A stretch of 64,000 nt of DNA from Abditibacteriaceae bacterium (lineage in GTDB: Bacteria; Armatimonadota; Abditibacteriia; Abditibacteriales; Abditibacteriaceae), in the NCBI GenBank assembly GCA_031372065.1, contig JANMKN010000388.1, forward strand, positions 1 through 64,000. The letters run 5' to 3'. Below the pieces are notes generated by a model. The model was not told the origin of the DNA. It saw only the letters and a program-made list of their open reading frames with translations, and did no database searches. The translations under genes were made by a program, and so were the position numbers. Every line of letters starts with the position of its first letter. Within the stretch, counting starts at the first letter, position 1. This document shows, in pieces, positions 46,678 through 55,600 of this stretch.

Positions 46678-49341
46678 ATGAATCGAGAAACGAGGCGCCG
46701 GGCGAAACGCCAATTGCGGCGCTGGCCGCTGGCGTTGTTGTTGGGTGCATTACTGGGATTTTCGCCGCTGGCGCGGCCTGTTCTGGCGCAAAGCGATGGC
46801 GAAATTGCCGGCTGGAAAACAGCGTTTCAAGCCGCGCCCAAAGCAGATGTCGCAGCTGCCAAAGCCGCTTACAGTGCGCTTTTAGAAAAGCTATTGCCGG
46901 GAATGAGCAATCCCGATTATGGCACGCAGGCGCGCACGCAGGACGCGTGGGAAAAAGCCGCCGTTAATGCGGGGCGTCCCGGTGCCGAAAGCGAACGCGC
47001 TGGTGCTGTGCAGGCTATGATGGGCCACTTCGGGCCGGATGTGCCCCAGTTGACGCGCGTTTGGATGATTAAGCAGTTGGGACATATCGGACGCGCTGAA
47101 GCCGTTCCTGCTTTAGCTGCGCTGATTAATGAACCCGATATTGTGGTGCGTGGGCGTGTGCTGCGTGCGTTAGCCGAAAATCCTTCTGTTGAAGCGGGCG
47201 CCGCTTTGCGCGATGCGCTGGGCAAAGCGACGGCGCCTGAAATGAAAGTCGCGCTGATTAATGAAGTAGGCTATCGTCGTGATGCGGCGGCTACTGCTTC
47301 GTTGGCTGCGATGTTGGCGCCCGGCGATGAGGTCGCGACGGCTGCGGCATGGGCTTTAAGTCGCATTGGTTCAGCGGATGCGGTTAAGGCGCTGTCTGGC
47401 GCTAAAGGCGCGGCGGCAGGCGCGTTCAAGATGGCTTTGTGGGATGATCTGCTGCAAGCCGCTGACCGCATGGCGAAGATGAACGATGCGAAAAACGCTT
47501 TGCCGATTTATCAGCAATTGTGGGGTTCGACAGAAGCGCCGCGCTTGCGTTTAGCCGGATTACGCGGCGTGGCTTTAATTCGCGGCGCCGATGCCGTGCC
47601 CATTATTTTGGAACAGGCAAGCAGCGATGATGCGTTTACTCAACTCACAGCGACGCGTTTGCTTGCTGAAATGCCGGGCAAAGGCATCAGCGCTGCTGTT
47701 GCCGAAAAATTAGGCACTCTTAAGCCCGATATGCAAATTCGTATGGCTGGCATTTTGGCAGAGCGCGGCGAAGCCGCTGCCAAGCCGTCGGTGGCATCTT
47801 TGATCAAGAGCGCCGATGAAAACGTGCGCCTTGCTGCCCTCCGCGCTTTGGCGAAGTTAGGCGATGCGGCTGACGTGACAATGCTCGCGCAATTGGCCGC
47901 AAGCGACAAAGGCGAAACTGGCAAAGCTGCGCGCGATACCTTGGCCCGTTTATCCGGTGAGCCGGTCAACGCCAAAATGGTGCAAATTTTCACTTCGTCC
48001 ACGCCGGAAGTGCGTGCTGTTTTAGCCAGTAGTTTGGCGGCGAGGCGCGCTCCCAATGCGGCTTCGGCGATGTTGGCCGCTGCCGAAAAAGGCGCGCCTA
48101 CCGAGCGCATTGAAGCTATCAAAGCCGTCGGTGTTTTGGGTGATGAAAAAGTGGTGCCGAATCTGGTGACATTGATTGCCAAAGCCCCTACCGATGATTT
48201 TCGCAATGCAACAGCTGGCGCCCTGCGCGACATCATTGACAATCGCACGCAAGATAAAGCCGCTGCGGGAGCCTCGCTTGCTGCTGGCATGGTGACTGCC
48301 GATGTGCTGGGCAAGCGTGCCTTGCTGACACTAATGAAAAACGCAGGCGGCGATGCGGCGCTGAATGCAGTGAAAGCCGCCACCAAAGATGAAAACGCCG
48401 ACGTTCAAGATGCCGCCGTGCGTGCTTTAGTGGCGTGGCCCGACAAAGCTGCTGTGCCGATTCTCACTGAATTAGCGGCCAACACGCCCAAGGCGAATTA
48501 TCATGCTTTGGCATTGCAAGGTGTGGTGCGCTTGGCTGGAACTGCCGATTACACCACCGAAGAGCGGATGAAAATTTTGCAGGATGTGATTGCTAACGCT
48601 AAACGTGTCGAAGAAAAACGCGCCGCGTTGGCCGGACTTGGCAAAGTGCCGGATGCCTCGGCATTGACGATTATCGTGCCGCTTTTAGATAATGCCGATT
48701 TGCGTGAAGAAGCCTCGCTGGCCGCCATCACCGCCGCGAAAGTGGCCGGTGGCGACGCACGCCGTGCGGCCATGCAAAAGGTCATCGCTTCGTCGAAAAA
48801 TGCCGATACTATTAAAGCGGCGACTGATTTGATGAACGCTCCGTCCACCGTCCGTCCGTGGCAAATCGTTGGGCCTTTTCCCGGCGATGGTGCTTTCAAT
48901 AAAGATTTCGGCGCCGAACAAAAAGTTGACCTCAACAAAACGTTCGATGTGATGGACAACAAAAAAGCGCGCTGGAAAACAGTGACTTCCGATGCGCAAA
49001 ACGGCTACATGGATTTGCTAAAGCTGTTTGATGGCAAAGAAAGCTCAGCCGCGTATGCCTTGATTTATGTGAAAAGCCCTTCGGCGCGCAAAGCGTGGAT
49101 GACCGCCGGTTCGGACGACGGCGCGAAAATCTGGATCAACAACAAGAACATCATTTCCAACGATGCCGCGCGCGCCGCCAATCCGGGCGACGAGCAAAAA
49201 GAAGTTGACCTCAAAGAAGGCTGGAACGAAATCCTGCTGAAAATCACCCAAGGTGGCGGCGACTGGGGCTATTATTTCGATTTGCTGACCCCCGACAAAA
49301 AACCAATGGCCGACCTCGAATGGGCGGCGAAACCAAACTGA
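46678..49341 (+). CDS. Exported HEAT-repeat protein with C-terminal PA14/galactose-binding-like beta domain
   Basis: Signal peptide ending VLA; HEAT repeats; C-terminal WQIVGPF...GSDDGAKIWIN...LKEGWNEILLKITQGGGDWG. Confidence 0.82.
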   Translation: MNRETRRRAKRQLRRWPLALLLGALLGFSPLARPVLAQSDGEIAGWKTAFQAAPKADVAAAKAAYSALLEKLLPGMSNPDYGTQARTQDAWEKAAVNAGRPGAESERAGAVQAMMGHFGPDVPQLTRVWMIKQLGHIGRAEAVPALAALINEPDIVVRGRVLRALAENPSVEAGAALRDALGKATAPEMKVALINEVGYRRDAAATASLAAMLAPGDEVATAAAWALSRIGSADAVKALSGAKGAAAGAFKMALWDDLLQAADRMAKMNDAKNALPIYQQLWGSTEAPRLRLAGLRGVALIRGADAVPIILEQASSDDAFTQLTATRLLAEMPGKGISAAVAEKLGTLKPDMQIRMAGILAERGEAAAKPSVASLIKSADENVRLAALRALAKLGDAADVTMLAQLAASDKGETGKAARDTLARLSGEPVNAKMVQIFTSSTPEVRAVLASSLAARRAPNAASAMLAAAEKGAPTERIEAIKAVGVLGDEKVVPNLVTLIAKAPTDDFRNATAGALRDIIDNRTQDKAAAGASLAAGMVTADVLGKRALLTLMKNAGGDAALNAVKAATKDENADVQDAAVRALVAWPDKAAVPILTELAANTPKANYHALALQGVVRLAGTADYTTEERMKILQDVIANAKRVEEKRAALAGLGKVPDASALTIIVPLLDNADLREEASLAAITAAKVAGGDARRAAMQKVIASSKNADTIKAATDLMNAPSTVRPWQIVGPFPGDGAFNKDFGAEQKVDLNKTFDVMDNKKARWKTVTSDAQNGYMDLLKLFDGKESSAAYALIYVKSPSARKAWMTAGSDDGAKIWINNKNIISNDAARAANPGDEQKEVDLKEGWNEILLKITQGGGDWGYYFDLLTPDKKPMADLEWAAKPN

Positions 49342-49343
49342 TT

Positions 49344-49407
49344 TTAGTCATTAGTCATCATTTGCGTTGAACTTTCAAATGACAACTGACTAATGACCAA
49401 GGACTAA
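49344..49407. repeat. 7-bp periodic repeat with inverted arms
   Basis: ttagtca-ttagtca ... caaatga-caactga-ctaatga-ccaagga-ctaa. Confidence 0.75.
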
Positions 49408-49410
49408 AAT

Positions 49411-50283
49411 ATGAAATTCCCCCAATTGCTTTTAGGTGCCGTGTTGGCGCTGAGTGTGGCTCCAAGCCTTTCTTCGGCGGTGCGCGCAGCGGAACCATTG
49501 CCCGACAGTTTGAAAACCGGCGAGTTTATTATCGGGTGTCAGGCGTGGACGTTCAACAAGTTCACTGCTTTTGAGGCCATCGAAAAAACCAAAGCCGCAG
49601 GCGGCAAAGTTATTGAGCTGTATCCGGGTCAGACGATGATGAAAGGCAGCGAAACCAAAGTCGGACAGGGCATGAGCGCCGAGGATACGCAAAAGCTCAA
49701 AGACAAGCTGAATGCCGAAGGCATCAAAGCCGTCGCTTTTGGCGTAACGGGCATTTCCAATGATGAAAACGATGCCCGCAAGCTGTTTCAATGGGCCAAA
49801 GACATGGATTTGCGCATCATTGTCACGGAATCCACAGACGCCATTGACACTATCGAAAAGATGGTCAAGGAATTCGATATTAAAGTCGGTTTTCACGATC
49901 ACCCGCGTCAGCCTAACAATCCCGGCTACAAAATGTGGGACCCGTATTACATTCTTAGTGTGGTCAAAGACCGCGATGCGCGCATCGGTTCTTGCGCCGA
50001 CACCGGTCATTGGGTTCGTTCGGGTCTTAACCCAGTTTTCTGCTTGAAAGTCCTTCAAGGACGTATTGTGGATAGCCATCTCAAGGACCTGAATGTTTTT
50101 GATGGCAGCGGCCATGATATGCCCTACGGACAAGGCGTCAGCGACGTGCCAGCGATTCTCAATGAATTCAAGCGTCAAGGTTTTACGGGGCCGATTGAAA
50201 TCGAATACGAACACAAAATGGAGAATAATCTGCCCGAAGTAACGCAGTGCATCGCCTTCGTGCGCGATTACAAAACCAAGTAA
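49411..50283 (+). CDS. Sugar phosphate isomerase/epimerase (AP_endonuc_2 TIM barrel), exported
   Basis: Signal peptide; QAWTF, IELYPGQ, GFHDHP, CADTGHW, HLKD and EIEYE metal ligands. Confidence 0.88.
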   Translation: MKFPQLLLGAVLALSVAPSLSSAVRAAEPLPDSLKTGEFIIGCQAWTFNKFTAFEAIEKTKAAGGKVIELYPGQTMMKGSETKVGQGMSAEDTQKLKDKLNAEGIKAVAFGVTGISNDENDARKLFQWAKDMDLRIIVTESTDAIDTIEKMVKEFDIKVGFHDHPRQPNNPGYKMWDPYYILSVVKDRDARIGSCADTGHWVRSGLNPVFCLKVLQGRIVDSHLKDLNVFDGSGHDMPYGQGVSDVPAILNEFKRQGFTGPIEIEYEHKMENNLPEVTQCIAFVRDYKTK

Positions 50284-50304
50284 ATTCCCTTGCGATTTGA
50301 AAAA

Positions 50305-50337
50305 GACGCCGCGCTCTTAACCAAAGCGCGGCGTTTT
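50305..50337. terminator. Hairpin between convergent genes
   Basis: gacgccgcgct ... agcgcggcgtttt. Confidence 0.6.
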
Positions 50338-50724
50338 GTTTTTGGGCTTGACCAAAGGACGATAGCGCGCATCTGCGAATCTATCAATGGGGAATGCAAT
50401 GCAAAGGAGTATTGCAATAAGCGACACAGCATCGCCCTTTGTTGGGCCTTTCCGATCCGTTAAAGGAGCAGTAATAATTGCGTAACCCAATTCCAGTATT
50501 GTAATCATAGCGGATATAAGTGCGATCAAAACCAGATAACCAAAATAGGCTGCTGTCCATTGCAAATGAGATTTTTCGCCGCATTGTGGGCATTTTACGG
50601 CACTGTTGAAGCCTTGTTTCAAATAGCGGCTCCATGTTAGTGGAAATTCATGACCGCAAAATGGACACGCAAGGTTAGATGTTTTCTTTTCTGTTTGCGG
50701 CGATGGAATCGGCGGCTCGCGCAT
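50317..50724 (-). CDS. Small membrane protein with N-terminal zinc ribbon
   Basis: CPFC...CPQC followed by two hydrophobic helices; 5 bp downstream of pdp. Confidence 0.7.
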   Translation of the reverse strand: MREPPIPSPQTEKKTSNLACPFCGHEFPLTWSRYLKQGFNSAVKCPQCGEKSHLQWTAAYFGYLVLIALISAMITILELGYAIITAPLTDRKGPTKGDAVSLIAILLCIAFPIDRFADARYRPLVKPKNKTPRFG

Positions 50725-50729
50725 GATTT

Positions 50730-52034
50730 TTACTCCACGATTTCGACAATGTTTGGCAAAATTTCAGGCTGCGAATCGGCAATTTCAAAGGCGGCTTGTA
50801 GCCGAATGATGGCGGCTTGAGCGTCGCTTTCGCGTGCGGCGTGCAGGCGACAGAGTAGGGCATCGGGTTCGATTTTTTCGCCCGATTTGGCAATATGGTC
50901 AAGACCGACATCGAAATTAAGCACGGAATCTTTGGTTAAACGTCCGCCGCCTAAATCGCGAATAACTTCGCCGATGATTTTCGCATTGCATTGGGTGACG
51001 AAACCATCGCGCGGCGCTTTGATTTCGTGAATGATGGGCGCGTTATGCGATTTCAATTTTGTATTAAATTTTTCCAAATCGGCGCTTTGCCATTCGAGCA
51101 TTTCGTCCCATTTCCGGCGCGGCGCGCCCGAAGCGAGGCAATCGGTGGCGCGCTGCCGTGCAGAGGGAAGATTGGTGGACAAACCGCCTTGTTGCAGCAA
51201 GTGCGCGGCGCATTCGATGACTAATTCACGCAAATCCTGCGGGCCTTTGTTTTCTAAAATTTCCACGCTTTCTTTGACTTCGAGCCAGTTGCCCGCTGTG
51301 CGGCCCAAAGGCGTATCCATACGCGTTAAAATCGCGCGTGTTTTGGTGCCGCATTCGTTGCCAAGATTCACCATTGCGCGGGCGAGTTTTGAAGAATCGT
51401 CATGCGTTTGCATAAACGCCGCCGTGCCGAATTTGACATCGAGAATTAAGCAATCCAAATTTTCAGCGAGCTTTTTGGAAAGAATTGAAGCGACGATGAG
51501 AGGAATCGAAGGCACCGTGCCGGTGACATCGCGCAAGGCATAAAGCGCGCGGTCTGCGGGCGTCATATCAGCGGTTTGGCCGCAAATGCAACAGCCGATT
51601 TCCTGCACTTGCTGCACAATGCGTTGGGGCGAAATTTGCGTGACGAAATCGGGAATGCTTTCCAATTTATCGAGCGTGCCGCCCGTGATGCCAAGACCGC
51701 GCCCCGAAATCATCGGCACACGAAAACCAAGGCACGCCAAAAGCGGCGCGAGCGGCAGTGAAACTTTATCCCCCACGCCGCCAGTGGAATGCTTATCAAC
51801 CAAAGGCCGCGCATCATCGGGAAATTGCAAAGTCGCGCCGCTATCGCGCATCGCTAAAGTCAGTGTTCGCGTTTCGCTGGAATCAAGGCCGCGAAAATAA
51901 ATCGCCATCAAAAACGCAGCCATTTGATAATCGGGAATTTCGCCGCGCATGAAGGCAGCGACAGCGGCCTGAATTTGCAGCGTTGCCAGCATTTGTCCGT
52001 CACGCTTGGCCTCTATAATTGGCAGAAAATTCAT
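50730..52034 (-). CDS. pdp: Pyrimidine-nucleoside/thymidine phosphorylase
   Basis: KRDG, DYQMAAFLMA, DKHSTGGVGDK, SGRGLGITGGTLDKLES, YALRDVTGTV and SILSKKLA. Confidence 0.95.
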   Translation of the reverse strand: MNFLPIIEAKRDGQMLATLQIQAAVAAFMRGEIPDYQMAAFLMAIYFRGLDSSETRTLTLAMRDSGATLQFPDDARPLVDKHSTGGVGDKVSLPLAPLLACLGFRVPMISGRGLGITGGTLDKLESIPDFVTQISPQRIVQQVQEIGCCICGQTADMTPADRALYALRDVTGTVPSIPLIVASILSKKLAENLDCLILDVKFGTAAFMQTHDDSSKLARAMVNLGNECGTKTRAILTRMDTPLGRTAGNWLEVKESVEILENKGPQDLRELVIECAAHLLQQGGLSTNLPSARQRATDCLASGAPRRKWDEMLEWQSADLEKFNTKLKSHNAPIIHEIKAPRDGFVTQCNAKIIGEVIRDLGGGRLTKDSVLNFDVGLDHIAKSGEKIEPDALLCRLHAARESDAQAAIIRLQAAFEIADSQPEILPNIVEIVE

Positions 52035-52043
52035 GCCTGTAGT

Positions 52044-52535
52044 TTAACTTTGCGCTAATGTGTCGAGAGCTTCGCCGGTCACGCGAAAGATCGTCCATTC
52101 GTCCATCGGAACCGCGCCCATGCTTTTGTAGAAGTTGATAGAAGGCTCGTTCCAATCTAAAACCGACCACTCAAAGCGCCCGTAATGGCGCTCTTTGGCA
52201 ATCTTTGCCAAGTGTTTTAATAGCGCTTTTCCGGCACCTTTGCCGCGATGCTGCGGCTCGATAAACAAGTCCTCCAAATATAAGCCCGGACACGCCAGAA
52301 ACGTTGAATAGTTGGTGAAAAACAAGGCAAAGCCAACAGGCGCCTCATCTCCTGAGATGAATGCCAACACCACTTCGGCTGCCGGATGCGCGCCGAATAT
52401 GGTTTCGTGCAGCATTTCTTCGCTTGCCTCGACGGTGTGCGACAAATTTTCGTATTCAGCCAGTTGCTTGATGAAATTGAGAATCTGCGGCACGTCTTCG
52501 GGCCGCGCCTCGCGGATGTAAATGGAATGGCTCAT
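52044..52535 (-). CDS. GNAT N-acetyltransferase (diamine acetyltransferase-like)
   Basis: LAEYE, GFALFF.NYSTF, GLYLEDLF, RGKGAGK and EWSVLDWNEPSINFY. Confidence 0.9.
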   Translation of the reverse strand: MSHSIYIREARPEDVPQILNFIKQLAEYENLSHTVEASEEMLHETIFGAHPAAEVVLAFISGDEAPVGFALFFTNYSTFLACPGLYLEDLFIEPQHRGKGAGKALLKHLAKIAKERHYGRFEWSVLDWNEPSINFYKSMGAVPMDEWTIFRVTGEALDTLAQS

Positions 52536-52579
52536 GGATTTTTCAAAAGTCGTGATGCGCAGGTCACGCGTTTTATAAG

Positions 52580-52613
52580 ATAAGGCCCAACATTTGAGAA
52601 TGTTGGGCCTTAT
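52580..52613. terminator. Terminator hairpin after the giant surface-protein gene
   Basis: ataaggcccaacatt-tgag-aatgttgggccttat. Confidence 0.75.
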
Positions 52614-52631
52614 GGTATGTGAAACGGCACG

Positions 52632-55600
52632 TTATTCGACAATAATTGTGGGGGAATTGCCAATTAGCGATTCGCCTGCTTGGGTGTGCAATTGGCTCCA
52701 CGAAACGATGACTTCATCGCCGGTTTTCAGGGTGCCTTTAGGAAGCAAGATTGTCAGCGCATTTCCGCTCACGCTGGTGCTTTGCGCCTCGATTTCACGA
52801 CCATTTACTAACACCCGGACAGCGCCGCCGCCGATGCTTTGCAGCTTCGCCGAGAATGTCAGCACGATGCTGTTATTACTGGCGTAAGAGATAGCGTTTT
52901 GCAAGGTTGTGGTGGGTTGATTGTCCGTAGTGGGCGTGCGGGCGCTAACTCGCGAAGCGATGGCGATGCTGTGAGCGTAACCCGCTGCCACGGCCTGACC
53001 ATCGGTGAGATTCAACACTGGTTGTGGCGCGATTTGATCGTTGCTGTTTCCCAAACCGAGATTGCCGAATTCGTTGTAGCCCCAACTCCAAATCGTGCCG
53101 TCGCCGCGAATTACGAGGTTGTGACCGCTACCCGCCGCCATTTTTTCAACGTTGCCAAAGAGCGTGCCGTTGGCATTGGCCACGCCACTGGCTATGGCGT
53201 CGTTGGCATTGGGCGTCGTGCGGCCTAATTGACCGTAGAAGTTGTTGCCCCAACTCAGCAAAGTGCTGTCACCTTTCAGCACCAGAGTGTGAGCATAGCC
53301 TACGCTCAGTTGTGACCCGGCGGACACATTTTTCACCGTCACAGGCACCGCACTGCGGCGCTCTTCGCCGTTGGTTTGATAGCCGCTCAAACCATTACCC
53401 AGTTGCCCGTAGAAGTTCCAACCCCACGCTTTAGCGGTGCCATCCGTGAGGAGCGCGACACTGTGGCCGGCGCCAGCGCCAATCGCTTTCGCGTTGGGCA
53501 AACCTGCCACGATGGTCGGCGTGGCGTCGAGGTTTTCCACGCTGCCGTTGCCCAGTTGACCGTAGAAGTTGTTGCCCCAAGCCCAGACTTTGCCGTTGCT
53601 ATCAAGGGCGAGGCTATGAAGCGTGCCGCCCGCGATTTGCGTGATGTTGGTGAGACCTGCAACAAGACGCGGCGCTGTGATGAAGCGCGGGGCATCAGCC
53701 TGCACGCCGCATTGTCCATCCTTATTGAAGCCCCATGCTAAGACGCGCCCATCACTTGTGAGCGCCAAACTGTGATACCAGCCACAGGTGATTGCTTTCA
53801 GGCTGTCCGCGCGAATGCCCGAAGGCAGCGGGATGGCAACAGGTCGGTTGCGCGAAGTGTGAGTGCCATCGCCCAATTGAGCGTCATCGTTATCGCCCCA
53901 CGCATAAAGCACGTTGCCCGCGACGGCCAAGTTGTGACTGCCGCCCGAAGCAAGCAGACGCGCATTTTGAATGATGCTTACATCCACTGGCGAGAGGCGA
54001 TTTGTATTGGAGCTATCGCCTACCGAGCCGAATTCGTTGTAGCCCCAGCCAAGAAGTGGATTGCCTGTTGGTGTGCTGACAACAGTCACCGTCGCAGTGC
54101 CAGAAACTGTATTATCCGCGACGCTGGTGGCGCGCACGGTATACGTTCCCGGAGTGGCGGGCGCGGTGTAAAGTCCGGCGGCGGTTATGGTGCCGCCTGC
54201 TGCGCCACCATCCACCTTCCATGTGACATTTTGGTTTGTTGTGCCGCCGACGGTGGCGGTGAAAGTTTGCGTGTCGCCGGAGTTGAGCGTGGCAGCCTTG
54301 GGACTGACAGCCACCGTGATCGTTATGGGCGGGTTGACCTTCAGCGTTTTCGAGAATTCGCTGGTGTCGCCCGTTGTGTTATCGGTGGCAGTTAGCGAAA
54401 TCAGCTTGCCTGCGAGATCGCCGCTGGCAGCCAGCGATTTATTAAAGGTGCCGTTGCCGATGACAAACGAGCCGAGATAAGTTTGGCCTTCACCAAAGAG
54501 AGAGAGATCAGCAGCGGCGTTGGAATAGGCATCAATGGTGAAGGTGCGGCCCGATGTGCTATCGAGCGAGCCTTGCAACACCAAAGGTTGACCGGCGGCA
54601 CTTTGCGTGGCAGAAGTCAGCACCGGATAATTTTGCAGATGATTGGCGCCTCCATCAGCGTCGCTGGCCCCTTCTCCCGCACCACTATCATTGGCTGTTA
54701 CGCCATCGGTAAAGCCACTGACAATCAAATCAATGCCCAGACCCCCGTTGTTAAATAGACGATTGCCACGAAAACGATTGCCGAAGGCCGAGCCGCGATC
54801 TGTTAAAACGCCGATGCCGGGGCCATCGTTGTTGGCAATCAGATTTGCTCCTGTGGTCGTATTGCCCACCGTGTTGTTGCTGGCCGAAACGACAAGCACA
54901 CCCCAACCGGCTTGTGTGCCTTTGCGATTGGGCAGCGACGTGGTGCCATTGGCGGCGACACCGACAGCGTTGCCGAATACGGAGTTATTGGTGGCCTTGT
55001 CTTCAAGGCTGATACCCGAAATCAAGTTGCCACTGACGAGGTTGCCCGCACCTGTGCCCGGCACGCTGGTGAAGCCGCCGATTATATTGTTGGAAGCCGC
55101 GAAGGTGATGGTAATGCCGACGAATTTGTTGGCTATGGCGCCTGTGCCCGAAAGATTAGTGCCGACATAATTGCCTTCGACACGATTGCCTATAGTGCCC
55201 GCCTCCGTAATGTAAACGCCACGCTGAATATTGCCGGAAATTACATTACGGGTGCCTGCAACTGCGCCGCCAATGGTGTTGTTTTGCGCACCGCCATCAA
55301 TTGTGACTCCGTGGAAATTCGGCAAAGCAGCCGTTCCTGCCACGTTGAGGCCGATGCTATTGCCCATGACGCGGTTGCCAGCACTGCTGCCTCCGAAGAA
55401 CGTTCCCATATGCACGCCTACGCCATTGTTGCCGGAAATCAGATTGCCAACACCAGTGCCGGGAGTTGTGGTGACGCCGCCGATGGTGTTATTTATAGCG
55501 TTGACAAACACACCTTCGTTGGTATTCGGAATAGCGGCGGTTCCTGTGGCGTTCGTGCCAATATAGTTGCCTTGCACTGAATTATTTTTCGCGGTGTCGC

